A DNA stretch of 64,000 nt, taken from positions 32,473-96,472 of the forward strand of contig JAYPYW010000004.1 in NCBI GenBank assembly GCA_038154685.1. Direction: 5' to 3'. The translations under genes and the position numbers were made by a program. The DNA comes from Flavobacteriales bacterium. GTDB lineage: Bacteria; Bacteroidota; Bacteroidia; Flavobacteriales_C; GCA-002722245. Of the stretch, positions 17,671 through 28,355 are shown piece after piece. The notes under the pieces are model-generated. The model had not been told where the DNA came from, ran no database searches, and saw only the letters and a list, made by a program, of their open reading frames with translations. Every line of letters begins with the position of its first letter. The stretch's first letter is position 1.

Positions 17671-20235
17671 ATGTGGAATAAAGTATCACATATTATTCTT
17701 AGGAAGCGAGTTTGGGTAATCGGGTTTCTAATTGCTATAACAGCTTTCTTGGCTACAAACCTTAGGTATAATAAGGTTTCTTACGATTTAACAAGATTAT
17801 TACCTGTTGGAGATTCTACCTCTGTTGTATTCAGAGAATTCAAAAAAACTTTTGGAGCTAACGATAATGTTTACTTAGTTTCTACCGAAGATCCTGAATT
17901 ATACAAGTTAGAGAACTTTCAGAAGTACTATGATTTTTCTGTCCAATTGTATGAGGAGCCAGCTGTTGATAGTGTGTTTTCTATTGCCAATTTTGGGTAT
18001 TTAAAACTAGATAAGGAATCCAGTGCATTTAAGTTACAAAAAGGGTTAGACCAAAAACCAGCTACTCAAGCGCAAGTTGATTCTGTAAGAGAGGTATTAT
18101 ATAATCAGCCTTTTTATGAAAGGATTTTGTATTTGCCAGATGATGATATCTCGGTAATCGCAATTTCTTTTAATGCAGATTCAATGGCTACCCCAAGAAG
18201 GAATAAATATGTTCTTTCAGTAACTAATAAATTTGAAGAGTTTTCGGAAAATACGGGAATAGAGTTCCAACATTCTGGAATGCCATATATAAGGGCGAAA
18301 CTAAGCTCTCAAGTACGAGATGAAATCCTTTTATTTATTGGTTTAGCATTCTTGCTTACAGCTTTATTACTCTATTTTTTCCTTAGAGCTCCAAGGGCAG
18401 TTTTTGTCTCTTTATTAGTAGTTAGTGTTGGAGTTATATGGCTTTTTGGTTCACTTGGGTTTTTAAATAGGTTAGCTGATTTTGGATGGTTTGGAACGCT
18501 TGAGTTTAACATTAATATTCTTACAAGTTTAGTTCCTCCATTGGTAATTGTAATAGGGATTCCTAACTGTATTTTCTTAATCAATAAGTACTTTGATGAA
18601 TACAGAGATCACAAAAATCAAGCCTTAGCCCTTAAACGTGTAATTCAAAAAATTGGGGGAGCTACCTTCATGACAAACGTTACTACGGCAAGTGGTTTTG
18701 CTACGTTTGTTTTTGCATCAAGTGATATTTTAAAAGAATTTGGTATTGTTGCTTCTATTAGTATTATGGGAGTTTTCTTCCTGTCTATTTTATTACTTCC
18801 AATAATCTACAGCTACTTATCACCACCATCTCAAAAGCATTATAAGCACCTAGATTATAAATGGACAAACGCTTTAATCGAATGGTTTGTTAATGTTTGT
18901 ACCAACTACAGAGGAACTGTTTATGTTATCATGATATTCATAGCTGGGACGGCAGGTTTTGGATTAAGTCAGTTGGATAATGACGCATTGGTTGTAGACG
19001 ATATGCCAGAGGATCACCCAGTAATGGTTGATTTGAAGTATTATGAAAATAAGTTTGATGGAGTTGTTCCTTTTGAAATCATTCTTAGGGCTGGAGTTGG
19101 AGAGAAATTAACTTTTAAAGCCTCAGATTCAATTCCAAAAAAGGAATTCCAAGAACTACCTTTTGTAAAGTATATATCTCATAAGGATAGTGGAGTTCAT
19201 GTTGTTGTGACTAATCAAAATGGTTTGTTTATTGATGAAATTCAATCGTTTTGTGAAAGCAATAATATTAAAGCAGAATTAACTTCAAGAGAAAAAATAA
19301 AAGGGAAAGTCTTAAAACCAAGGACGCTTCAAAAGGTGCAGAAACTTTATGATCTACTAGAAACTTATCCTGAATTCTCGAGGCCTTTATCATTATTAGA
19401 TATTCTTAAATACAGTAAACAAGCGCTTTGGGGCGGAGAGAAAAAAGAATTCACGTTGCCAACCAAAGTTGAGTTAGCGCTAATTAATAAATATGCTTCA
19501 AAGGCCAAAGATTCTTCTGGAGATATGCTTAAGGCTTTTATCTCAGAGGATCGCAGTCAGTTAAGAATAAGCTTCCAAATGAAAGATGTTGGAACAAACA
19601 GGACGAAGGCTTTAATGAAAGAGCTTTCTCCAAAGATTGAGAAGATTTTCAAGTCCAATAAGTTCAGTTATTCCTTTACAGGAATTGGAGTAATTGTAGC
19701 GAAAGGAGTAGAGACTTTGATTAGTAACCTGATTATGTCGTTAGCCCTAACTGTACTTATTATCTCAGTATTAATGGGTATTATGTTTAAGAATATAAGA
19801 ATGGTTTTAATTAGTTTACTCCCGAACATTCTACCATTGTTCATTACCGCTGCCATAATGGGATATTTTGGAATTAATTTAAAACCTTCAACAATCCTAG
19901 TATTTAGTATCGCTTTTGGTATTTCCATTGATGATACGATTCACTTTCTGGTTAAATACAGGCAAGAGCTAGCAGCAAATAATGGAGCTATTAAAAAATC
20001 GGTACTTAAGGCGCTGAGAGAGACAGGTTTAAGTATGTTTTATACTTCGGTAGTTTTATTCTTTGGATTTGGAATATTTGTAGCCTCTGAATTTGGAGGT
20101 ACAGTAGCCCTTGGAGTCCTTGTAGCATTAACGCTACTTGTTGCCATCTTATCAAATATAATTTTATTACCTTGCTTACTGTTAACGCTCGATAAGTTGA
20201 TTACTATTAAGGCCGAAAAGGCAGAGCAAAACTAA
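17671..20235 (+). CDS. RND-superfamily (MMPL-type) exporter
   Basis: ~850 aa with two TM bundles separated by large periplasmic loops. Start placed at [10 protein letters not shown]. Confidence 0.7.
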   Translation: MWNKVSHIILRKRVWVIGFLIAITAFLATNLRYNKVSYDLTRLLPVGDSTSVVFREFKKTFGANDNVYLVSTEDPELYKLENFQKYYDFSVQLYEEPAVDSVFSIANFGYLKLDKESSAFKLQKGLDQKPATQAQVDSVREVLYNQPFYERILYLPDDDISVIAISFNADSMATPRRNKYVLSVTNKFEEFSENTGIEFQHSGMPYIRAKLSSQVRDEILLFIGLAFLLTALLLYFFLRAPRAVFVSLLVVSVGVIWLFGSLGFLNRLADFGWFGTLEFNINILTSLVPPLVIVIGIPNCIFLINKYFDEYRDHKNQALALKRVIQKIGGATFMTNVTTASGFATFVFASSDILKEFGIVASISIMGVFFLSILLLPIIYSYLSPPSQKHYKHLDYKWTNALIEWFVNVCTNYRGTVYVIMIFIAGTAGFGLSQLDNDALVVDDMPEDHPVMVDLKYYENKFDGVVPFEIILRAGVGEKLTFKASDSIPKKEFQELPFVKYISHKDSGVHVVVTNQNGLFIDEIQSFCESNNIKAELTSREKIKGKVLKPRTLQKVQKLYDLLETYPEFSRPLSLLDILKYSKQALWGGEKKEFTLPTKVELALINKYASKAKDSSGDMLKAFISEDRSQLRISFQMKDVGTNRTKALMKELSPKIEKIFKSNKFSYSFTGIGVIVAKGVETLISNLIMSLALTVLIISVLMGIMFKNIRMVLISLLPNILPLFITAAIMGYFGINLKPSTILVFSIAFGISIDDTIHFLVKYRQELAANNGAIKKSVLKALRETGLSMFYTSVVLFFGFGIFVASEFGGTVALGVLVALTLLVAILSNIILLPCLLLTLDKLITIKAEKAEQN

Positions 20236-20239
20236 TCTT

Positions 20240-21100
20240 ATGAAGGGAATAATATTAGCCGGAGGTTCTGGAACTAGATTACATCCTCTAACATTAGCTG
20301 TTAGTAAACAGTTAATGCCAGTTTACGATAAACCAATGATTTATTATCCATTGTCTACTTTACTGTTAGCAGGCATAAATGAGATATTAATCATCACTAC
20401 TCCTCATGATCAGGCTGCTTTTAAGAAGCTTTTAGGAGACGGAAGTAGAATCGGATGTAAATTCGAATATGTTATTCAACATGAGCCAAATGGTTTAGCA
20501 CAGGCATTTGTTTTAGGAGAGGAATTTATTGGAGATGATAATGTTGCACTTGTTTTGGGTGATAATATCTTTTACGGTTCAGGAATGTCTAGCCTATTAC
20601 AATCTAATAATGCTCCTGATGGAGGTGTTGTTTACGCATATCATGTTTCAGATCCTGAAAGGTATGGTGTTGTAGAATTTGATGATAATATGAATGCGGT
20701 TTCAATAGAAGAAAAGCCAGAGGTACCAAAATCAAACTACGCAGTACCAGGTCTTTATTTCTACGATAATGATGTTGTAGAAATTGCTAAAAACATCAAG
20801 CCATCTCCTAGGGGAGAGTTTGAAATTACTGATATAAATGCCGAGTACCTTAGAAGAGGTAAATTAAAGGTTTCCGTTTTAAATAGAGGAACTGCTTGGT
20901 TGGATACTGGGACATTTGCGAGCTTAATGCAGGCTGGACAATATGTTCAGGTTATTGAAGAAAGACAGGGTCTTAAAATAGGGTGTATCGAAGAGATTGC
21001 TTACAGAATGGGATTCATTAATAAAGAACAATTAGTTGAACTTGCACAGCCACTTAAAAAGAGTGGTTATGGAGTTTACATGGAAAACGTAGTTAAGTAA
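20240..21100 (+). CDS. rfbA: glucose-1-phosphate thymidylyltransferase
   Basis: [18 protein letters not shown] with full-length RmlA similarity. Confidence 0.9.
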   Translation: MKGIILAGGSGTRLHPLTLAVSKQLMPVYDKPMIYYPLSTLLLAGINEILIITTPHDQAAFKKLLGDGSRIGCKFEYVIQHEPNGLAQAFVLGEEFIGDDNVALVLGDNIFYGSGMSSLLQSNNAPDGGVVYAYHVSDPERYGVVEFDDNMNAVSIEEKPEVPKSNYAVPGLYFYDNDVVEIAKNIKPSPRGEFEITDINAEYLRRGKLKVSVLNRGTAWLDTGTFASLMQAGQYVQVIEERQGLKIGCIEEIAYRMGFINKEQLVELAQPLKKSGYGVYMENVVK

Positions 21101-21101
21101 A

Positions 21102-22046
21102 ATGACTAGAATTTTAGTTACTGGAGGAGCAGGGTTTATTGGAAGTGTTTTAGCGGAAAAATTAGCTTCAAATAAGGATAATTATGTGGTGATTGTTGAT
21201 GATTTATCAACTGGTAGTGCCGACAAGTTACCACACCATTTACCAAAAGAAAATTGGCGTTTTGTAAAAGCTGATGTAAACGAATACAGAGAGATTGCTG
21301 AGATTATGCTTGGTAAAAAATTCGATTATGTATTCCATTATGCTGCTTTAGTTGGTGTTCAAAGAACGCAAGATAATCCTGTTAAGGTTTTAAAGGATAT
21401 TGAAGGATTCAAGCATATCTTAAACCTTTGTAAAAGTACTGGAGTGAAAAGAGTTTTCTTTTCTTCTTCTTCAGAAGTTTATGGAGAGCCTGTTGAATTA
21501 CCGCAGCATGAGCAAACTACTCCACTAAACTCTAAAGTTCCATACGCGGTTGTAAAAAATATTGGTGAGGCATTCTTAAGATCTTACCAACAAGAGTTTG
21601 GATTGGATTATACAATCTTTAGATTCTTTAATACTTACGGACCAAAACAAAGTGATGATTTCGTAATGTCGAAGTTCCTTTACAAAGCTTTAAAAGGAGA
21701 AGATATTACTATTTACGGTGATGGTTCTCAAACAAGAACTTTCTGTTTCTGTGACGATAATGTTGATGCTTGTTTAAAAGCTTTCTATGATAACAAAGTA
21801 GTAAATGACGTTATTAATATCGGAGGAGAGCAAGAAATTCGCATCATCGATTTAGCTCAAAAAATTATCGATGCAACGAATAGCAAGTCTAAAATCGTTC
21901 ATTTACCACCATTAAAAGATGGTGACATGACTAGAAGATGTCCGGATAATACTAAAATGAGAGTTTTATTAGGGCGTGATTTGATTTCTATTGATGAAGG
22001 AATCAAAAAGCTTTTGGCTAGTCCACAGTTTCAATTAAAGGATTAA
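21102..22046 (+). CDS. NAD-dependent epimerase/dehydratase (extended SDR) family protein
   Basis: VTGGAGFIGS Rossmann motif and a YxxxK region. Confidence 0.8.
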   Translation: MTRILVTGGAGFIGSVLAEKLASNKDNYVVIVDDLSTGSADKLPHHLPKENWRFVKADVNEYREIAEIMLGKKFDYVFHYAALVGVQRTQDNPVKVLKDIEGFKHILNLCKSTGVKRVFFSSSSEVYGEPVELPQHEQTTPLNSKVPYAVVKNIGEAFLRSYQQEFGLDYTIFRFFNTYGPKQSDDFVMSKFLYKALKGEDITIYGDGSQTRTFCFCDDNVDACLKAFYDNKVVNDVINIGGEQEIRIIDLAQKIIDATNSKSKIVHLPPLKDGDMTRRCPDNTKMRVLLGRDLISIDEGIKKLLASPQFQLKD

Positions 22047-22053
22047 GAGCGTT

Positions 22054-23025
22054 TTGAATATTTTAGGTTTCCAGGAGATCATCCCGTTAGTTCAACAAGA
22101 AATTGCAGAGACTAAATATGAAGGGTCACCTGCTGAATTATATAATCCAATGAATTATATATTGCAGCTAGGTGGTAAAAGATTACGCCCGGTTACCGCA
22201 CTTTTAGCAGCTCAGTTATTTAACTGTGATTTGCAATCCGCTATGCCTGCAGCTAAAGCTGTTGAGGTATTTCATAATTTCACTTTGGTTCATGACGATA
22301 TCATGGATAAAGCACCTCTAAGAAGAGGTAAGGCTACCGTTCATGAAAAGTGGGATGATAACATTGCGATTCTTTCTGGAGATACTTTGTTAATTGAAGT
22401 TTACAATCATTTCTTAGAGGGTGGATATACCAATCTCGCTGATATCTTAAAAGTATTCAATCAAACCGCTATCGAAGTTTGCGAAGGCCAGCAGTTGGAT
22501 ATGAACTTCGAAACACGCGATGATGTTACAATTGATGAGTACATCAATATGATCCGATTAAAAACTTCGGTTCTAGTTGGAGGTGCTTTCAAGATAGGAG
22601 CATTAGTCGCAAAGGCTTCTGATAATGAAGCGGATTTAATTTACGATTTCGGAGTAAATCTTGGAATAGCATTTCAATTACAGGATGATTACCTAGATTG
22701 TTTTGGAGATCCTGAAAAATTTGGAAAACAAGTTGGAGGAGATATCATCTCTAACAAAAAAACATTTATGATGCTTAAGGCTTTGGAGTTAGATAACTCT
22801 GGCGAATTACAGTCATGGGTGGATAAATTAGAATTCTCTAACGAGGAAAAAGTAGAAGCTGTCAAGACTATTTACAAAAACTTAAAAGTAGATGAGTTGG
22901 CTTTCCAGTTAATGGACGATTTCTACCAAAAGTCTTTAACTAGCTTAAACCAAATAGAAGCTTCTAAAGAGTCAAAAGACAAAATTATAGAGTTTGCTCA
23001 AGCCTTAATGAAAAGATCCTCCTAA
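22054..23025 (+). CDS. polyprenyl diphosphate synthase (trans-isoprenyl diphosphate synthase family)
   Basis: FARM motif (LVHDDIMD) and SARM motif (LQDDYLD). Confidence 0.85.
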   Translation: MNILGFQEIIPLVQQEIAETKYEGSPAELYNPMNYILQLGGKRLRPVTALLAAQLFNCDLQSAMPAAKAVEVFHNFTLVHDDIMDKAPLRRGKATVHEKWDDNIAILSGDTLLIEVYNHFLEGGYTNLADILKVFNQTAIEVCEGQQLDMNFETRDDVTIDEYINMIRLKTSVLVGGAFKIGALVAKASDNEADLIYDFGVNLGIAFQLQDDYLDCFGDPEKFGKQVGGDIISNKKTFMMLKALELDNSGELQSWVDKLEFSNEEKVEAVKTIYKNLKVDELAFQLMDDFYQKSLTSLNQIEASKESKDKIIEFAQALMKRSS

Positions 23026-23378
23026 TGGCTTTAATCGAAGTTAAGGACGCCTCTTTATATCTCAGTCAAGAACATTATTTCTCAAAACTTAAAGCTCAGC
23101 TTTCTAAAGATTTAAATGATGTTGATTTCGATGACGAATTGGACAGAATTGATTTATCCAATTCATCTGATTTACCTGATTTAGTTAGAAGGTTCTTAAA
23201 TCAGATTTTCTCTACCAACGCCGAGCAATTTTTCCAACTCATGTACCGGATAGATATTCCAGATGCAGATATGAGAACTATGGTACTAGGATCAGGATTA
23301 GATTTTGATGGACTAGCAGATTTAGTACTTAAAAGAGAGTTACTTAAGTTATTGTTTAGAGAGAAGTATTCTGGGTAA
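23025..23378 (+). CDS. hypothetical protein
   Basis: 117-aa ORF reading on from the upstream gene. No recognised domain. Confidence 0.35.
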   Translation: MALIEVKDASLYLSQEHYFSKLKAQLSKDLNDVDFDDELDRIDLSNSSDLPDLVRRFLNQIFSTNAEQFFQLMYRIDIPDADMRTMVLGSGLDFDGLADLVLKRELLKLLFREKYSG

Positions 23379-23401
23379 AAAAGCTTGTTACAATCTTATT
23401 T

Positions 23402-24652
23402 CTACTCCTTCGGATACTCAATCGCATCCAACTCCTTCATCACAGCCTCTTTGATGCCTTTGTAAGTCTCAAGATTTGCTTTTTTAATCGGTTCTGCCTT
23501 TGGTAATTTCTGGCGATATGGATCAACTTGTTTTCCGTTTTTCCAGAAGCGGTAACAAACATGCGGTCCAGTTGCTAATCCCGTAGAACCAACAAATCCA
23601 ATTACATCTCCTTGGTTAACTCTAACACCTGGTCGGATTCCTCTTTTAATTTTACTCATATGTAGGTACTGAGTAGTGTAAACTGAGTTATGCTTTACTT
23701 TAACGTAGTTTCCATTGTATTTACTGTATCTGGCGTGTGTTACAACTCCGTTTGCGGTTGAGTAAATTGGCGTCCCTTTTGGTGCTGCATAATCGGTTCC
23801 TAAATGCGGTTTGTTGCGCTTTTGAACTGGATGATAGCGCTTCATTGTGAATCTTGAAGATATTCTGGAGAACTTAACAGGGGCTTTTAAGAACTGGCGT
23901 CTTAAACCTCTGTTGTCTTGGTCGTAATATCCAGCATGTCCGTCCTGACTAAATTGAATGGCGTAATAAGGTTTTTTGAAATGTTCGAAGTATGCGGCCT
24001 TAATTCTTTTAATGTCAATACTCTCTCCATCTACTACAGTTTCTTCGTAAATCACTTTAAATCGGTCTCCCTTTTGAATATGGTAGAAATCGATACTCCA
24101 TGCATAAACCTCAGATAGAGTAATGGCTAAAGCAGGGTTGTAACCTTGGTTTTCCAACGTCATGTATAAAGAACTATTAATAACACCAGAGGCAGTTTTA
24201 GTTACGATTTCAACGGGCTTTTTATCGCGGTAAATCTTTAACGAATCTCTTAAATCGTAAACCACATAGTTTACTCTATCTATTTCATAAACTAGGATTT
24301 GCGCTTCTTCGGTAGAATCCTTTTTCTCAAAAACAGTATAGTGTCTTCCAGCTCTTAATCTTCTAACATCAAAATGCTCTTTCCCTTCGGTAGCCATGCG
24401 ATTCATCATAGCATAGCTGATTCCATGACTAGTTACTAAATCGCTAAAGAATTGATTCTTTTTCACTTCATCCCCAACCACTTTAAATGAGTCTACTGGA
24501 AATCCGTAAAGCATTTGAGGTTCCTTAACTTCTACAGAATCCACTTTATCAGGATTGTCGTTTATTGCTTCAGAAACTTTATCGTTATCCCCACATGAAA
24601 ACAGGGCTAAAATGGAAAGGATTACTACTATTACCGAATAGATTGCGCGCAT
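23402..24652 (-). CDS. M23 family (LytM-domain) peptidoglycan metalloendopeptidase lipoprotein
   Basis: Lipobox (ALFSCGDN) and a HLGTDYAAPKGTPIYS…HVCYR M23 zinc site. Confidence 0.8.
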   Translation of the reverse strand: MRAIYSVIVVILSILALFSCGDNDKVSEAINDNPDKVDSVEVKEPQMLYGFPVDSFKVVGDEVKKNQFFSDLVTSHGISYAMMNRMATEGKEHFDVRRLRAGRHYTVFEKKDSTEEAQILVYEIDRVNYVVYDLRDSLKIYRDKKPVEIVTKTASGVINSSLYMTLENQGYNPALAITLSEVYAWSIDFYHIQKGDRFKVIYEETVVDGESIDIKRIKAAYFEHFKKPYYAIQFSQDGHAGYYDQDNRGLRRQFLKAPVKFSRISSRFTMKRYHPVQKRNKPHLGTDYAAPKGTPIYSTANGVVTHARYSKYNGNYVKVKHNSVYTTQYLHMSKIKRGIRPGVRVNQGDVIGFVGSTGLATGPHVCYRFWKNGKQVDPYRQKLPKAEPIKKANLETYKGIKEAVMKELDAIEYPKE

Positions 24653-24728
24653 ACTTCAAAGCTACGGGAAAGGAGCTTTGAGGATTCGCCAAACCACGAA
24701 TAGAAATTAACGATTGGACGTTTATTTC

Positions 24729-24873
24729 GCCCACAGACTGCACAGACTTTCTCAGAATTATACTTTTTGTAAGGTCGAAGATATTCGACCACTACTATTT
24801 TCGTAGTGGCCGATTATTATCGGCCAAAAGTCATTTCGTAAAAAGTCTGTGAAAGTCTGTGCAGTCTGTGGGA
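24729..24873. repeat. structured palindromic element: a perfect 22-bp inverted repeat enclosing three tandem hairpins
   Basis: Left arm cccacagactgcacagactttc (24730-24751) is the exact reverse complement of gaaagtctgtgcagtctgtggg (24851-24872). Between them are hairpins ggtcgaa/ttcgacc (24773-24790), ccactac/gtagtgg (24789-24809) and ggccgat/atcggcc (24808-24825). The arms also contain the tandem repeat agtctgtg. Confidence 0.7.
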
Positions 24874-24880
24874 GAAAAAC

Positions 24881-26905
24881 TTAAAAATTCCTTCCTAAAG
24901 CAATTGAAAGAGATCTTTTCGCTTGATTAAGCAAACTCAAATGAACCAATAAATCATTGATTTCTTCAGTGAATTCGTTGGACTCTAACTTGGCGTTGAT
25001 TTCGTTGATTTGCAGGCGAACTTTTGCCAACTTCAATCGGTTTAAAGCAACAGTTATTGCTAATCGAATTTTATCGCCTTCTGTGGTAACGAAGATGGAG
25101 TGTTTTTTCCAATCGTTTAGCGTGTGTCGTTCCTCGGTTATTTCGATAACCTGCTTTACCAATTCAGCTTCAGCACTACTTAGGAAGAACTTCTCAGTAG
25201 GGATTTCTCCTTCTTCAAATTTGTTCTTAAATGTGTCCCAAATAGATTGGTGCGTTGGATTATCAAAGTTAATATCATCGTGAACTATGTCCTCAATAAC
25301 ATACTGGGCAACGGTGATTAATATTGTTTTTTCAGGATTTTCAACTCCTTCCTCAATCTCGTTTTCGTAGTTCGGATTGTCTACTACAATTTCGAAATGT
25401 CCATACTTTAAGAGCAATCTTAACAAATAAGCCTCCTGAGGATCGTTTGGAAAAGTAGGTGCTTTCGGCTCAATCTTTTTAGGAAGCGGACTTTGTTGTC
25501 CAATTACATCACGATATTCTGGCGGAATATAATCCGGTGGCGGAATTCCAAAATCTGGTTCTGGTGGTTGGGGAGTTGGGTTTGACTTTTGCTCTTTTTC
25601 AAAATTTGAGCGTCGGTTTTTATTCAACTCGTTCACCAAAGTTTGCTCCTCAATTCCTAATAGTTTAGCAGCTTCTTGCGTATAAACCGAACGAATAATC
25701 ATGTCTGGAATTAAGGCAATCGATTGAACAACATCCTTAATTAATCCAGCTCTTTTAATAGGATCGTTACCCGCATCTTTTAAAAGGATAGAGGTTTTAA
25801 AGTTGATAAAATCCTGTTGATTTTCTTGGATGTATTCTTCTAATTCAGCGCTTGTATTTGCTCTGGCAAAACTATCTGGATCCTCACCATCAGGGAACGT
25901 TACAACTTTAACGTTCATTCCTTCTTTCAGAATCAAATCAATCCCTCTAAATGATGCTTTAATCCCAGCGGCATCACCATCATAAAGAACGGTAATGTTA
26001 GGCGTGAAACGACGAACTAACTTAATCTGACCAGGGGTTAAAGAGGTACCACTGGAAGCAACAACATTTTCAATCCCTTTTTGGTGGAAGGAAATAACAT
26101 CAGTATATCCTTCAACTAAAAAACAATTGTCTAGTTGAATCATGGAGCGCTTTGCCAAATGCAAACCATAAAGCACATCACTTTTGTGGTAAATATCCGT
26201 CTCAGGAGAGTTAAGATATTTAGCAGCCTTTTTATTGGTTTGAAGAATACGAGCACCAAAACCAATGGCTCTACCGGATAAATTGTGAATCGGGAAAATT
26301 ACTCTTCCTCGGAATCTATCGTATGTTCTATCATTTTTCTCAGAAGTAAGTCCGGAGTCGATTAAAACCTCTTTTTTATATCCTTTATCAAGCGCAATTT
26401 TGGTGAAGTGGTTAGGTTCTTCAAAAGAGTAACCTAATCCAAACTTTTCCAGCATTTCATCGGAAATCCCTCTTGACTTAAAGTACCCTAAACCAACCGA
26501 TTTACCTTCGTCGGTTTCGAACATGTTTTTAATAAACTGCTCTTTAGCGAACTGAGTAACTAAGAAAAGTGATTCCCTTTTATCTTGTTTTTGCTTTTCC
26601 TCAGGCGTAACTTCCTTTTCCTCAACCTCAATGTTATATTTTTTCGCAAGGTATTTTAAGGCTTCGGGGTAGGACATTTGCTCATGCTCCATTACAAAGT
26701 TCACGGCATTACCAGAAGCGCCGCAACCGAAACATTTGTATATCCCTTTAGCTGGAGAAACAGTAAAAGAAGGTGTTTTTTCGTTGTGAAACGGACAACA
26801 TCCCAATAGGTTAACCCCTCGTTTTTTTAAGGCAACAAAATCTCCAACAACCTCCTCAACGCGAGATTCTTCGATGATTTTATCTACGGTTTCCTTTGGG
26901 ATCAT
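24881..26905 (-). CDS. dnaG: DNA primase
   Basis: Zinc finger (CPFHNEKTPSFTV…CFGCG), TOPRIM domain (EGYTDV) and a 674-aa length. Confidence 0.95.
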   Translation of the reverse strand: MIPKETVDKIIEESRVEEVVGDFVALKKRGVNLLGCCPFHNEKTPSFTVSPAKGIYKCFGCGASGNAVNFVMEHEQMSYPEALKYLAKKYNIEVEEKEVTPEEKQKQDKRESLFLVTQFAKEQFIKNMFETDEGKSVGLGYFKSRGISDEMLEKFGLGYSFEEPNHFTKIALDKGYKKEVLIDSGLTSEKNDRTYDRFRGRVIFPIHNLSGRAIGFGARILQTNKKAAKYLNSPETDIYHKSDVLYGLHLAKRSMIQLDNCFLVEGYTDVISFHQKGIENVVASSGTSLTPGQIKLVRRFTPNITVLYDGDAAGIKASFRGIDLILKEGMNVKVVTFPDGEDPDSFARANTSAELEEYIQENQQDFINFKTSILLKDAGNDPIKRAGLIKDVVQSIALIPDMIIRSVYTQEAAKLLGIEEQTLVNELNKNRRSNFEKEQKSNPTPQPPEPDFGIPPPDYIPPEYRDVIGQQSPLPKKIEPKAPTFPNDPQEAYLLRLLLKYGHFEIVVDNPNYENEIEEGVENPEKTILITVAQYVIEDIVHDDINFDNPTHQSIWDTFKNKFEEGEIPTEKFFLSSAEAELVKQVIEITEERHTLNDWKKHSIFVTTEGDKIRLAITVALNRLKLAKVRLQINEINAKLESNEFTEEINDLLVHLSLLNQAKRSLSIALGRNF

Positions 26906-26928
26906 TTCGAGCTATTACTTGATGTTGA

Positions 26929-27264
26929 TTATCTAGTAAGAATTTTCATTTCTTTCCCGATTTCCATTCCGAAATCACGAATCTTTTTAGCTACTGTATT
27001 CTCTCCAGTTGATCTTTCTAATGAATCAGCTAAGGTCATTAACGTTTGGAAGTGGTAGTACTTCATTTCATCTACCATCATTTCCTTCGTCCATAAATCC
27101 ACTCTTTTAGCCACTTTTTCTTTTCCGTCCCAAACAGAAATCATCAGGGCTTTTATCTCTTCCTCAGATACACCACCACCTTCTGAAGCAGTCCATTCTA
27201 ACTTCTCAGGAATGTGATTTTCATCCAACGTAACAGTGAATTTTATCTCTTTCTTATCGCTCAT
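26929..27264 (-). CDS. gldC: gliding motility-associated protein GldC
   Basis: 111-aa soluble protein (MSDKKEIKFTVTLDENHIPEKLEWTASEGGG…) immediately downstream of the GldB-like lipoprotein, as in Flavobacterium johnsoniae gldBC. Identity recalled from memory. Confidence 0.55.
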   Translation of the reverse strand: MSDKKEIKFTVTLDENHIPEKLEWTASEGGGVSEEEIKALMISVWDGKEKVAKRVDLWTKEMMVDEMKYYHFQTLMTLADSLERSTGENTVAKKIRDFGMEIGKEMKILTR

Positions 27265-27267
27265 GAT

Positions 27268-28248
27268 TTACGGATTGTATTTTGATCCTTTAAAAATACT
27301 AGTAAAATCCGTATTTGTCATTAATTCAGGCAAGCTAACTTCAGGATTTTGTTCCATAAAGTCTCTTACAATTCTATATCCAATAAAAATTCCAGCTCTT
27401 CCAGGCGAATCTCTTTCCATAGAAGAAACAAAAGGACCATGCTGCAAGAATTTTTTGTAGGTATGGTAATCCTTAGAGAATAAGAAGTTTTTCATAGTTA
27501 AATGCTTCCAGAAAGATTGCTCATGACTGTAACACCAAACCATTTGTTTAGTGGTAAATTGGAATCTTGTAGAATCCATCATGGTTGGCATCATGGACTC
27601 GAGGAGGTATTCTATTTTACCCAATCCAATCATTGTTTCAAGCATATTATCCCCTTTTAGGTAGGGTGCAAATCTTTGCTTTGCAAATTCTCTCATAACA
27701 ACTGGCGCAAGGAATTTGGTTTCATGATTTTTAGAGATGTATTGAGGGATTTGTAATTGTCCATAAGGCGAATAATCTTTCCCGTAAAACAGGTCTATTC
27801 CAATTAATATTGCTTCTGGGTTAATTACAATTGGCTCTTCATAATTTAAACCTGAGATGTAAGTGTAAACAGGTGGGATAGAATCTTCCGGGAAGTAGTA
27901 ATTGTAATGAGAAAAAGCTTCATTTAAATCCGTTTTAATGACAGAATAATCACCAATTCTATCATTCCAATCATTGTAAAGCTTGATGTTTAAATCGTTG
28001 TTGAGGTATTGATTTAATTGCATCAGTTTGGCAGGGTCTTTGTAATTACCGTTGATGAAAACAGGATATTTATGCGCTAAGCTATCAAGCGAAGTGGTTA
28101 AATCACCCGTTTTTACATTAAATAAATCTTGCTCATAATGTCGGAAATCCAGATTAACCTTGGAGTTTGAGGTATCTACGATTAATTTCGGCTCAGAGCA
28201 GCCAAAAATTATAATTGTAAATAAAAACAAAAAAAGGACGTTCTTCAT
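27268..28248 (-). CDS. gldB: gliding motility lipoprotein GldB
   Basis: 326-aa lipoprotein (IIIFGCSEPK) of the expected length, paired with gldC 3 nt downstream. Confidence 0.55.
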   Translation of the reverse strand: MKNVLFLFLFTIIIFGCSEPKLIVDTSNSKVNLDFRHYEQDLFNVKTGDLTTSLDSLAHKYPVFINGNYKDPAKLMQLNQYLNNDLNIKLYNDWNDRIGDYSVIKTDLNEAFSHYNYYFPEDSIPPVYTYISGLNYEEPIVINPEAILIGIDLFYGKDYSPYGQLQIPQYISKNHETKFLAPVVMREFAKQRFAPYLKGDNMLETMIGLGKIEYLLESMMPTMMDSTRFQFTTKQMVWCYSHEQSFWKHLTMKNFLFSKDYHTYKKFLQHGPFVSSMERDSPGRAGIFIGYRIVRDFMEQNPEVSLPELMTNTDFTSIFKGSKYNP

Positions 28249-28355
28249 AAACTATCAATTGCTTTACTTAATTTCGTAAAGTTAGCTGGTGAATCAAAAT
28301 ATATTGTTAACCAGATTAACTTTGTTTGAAAAGCGATATTTTAATAAACATGATT

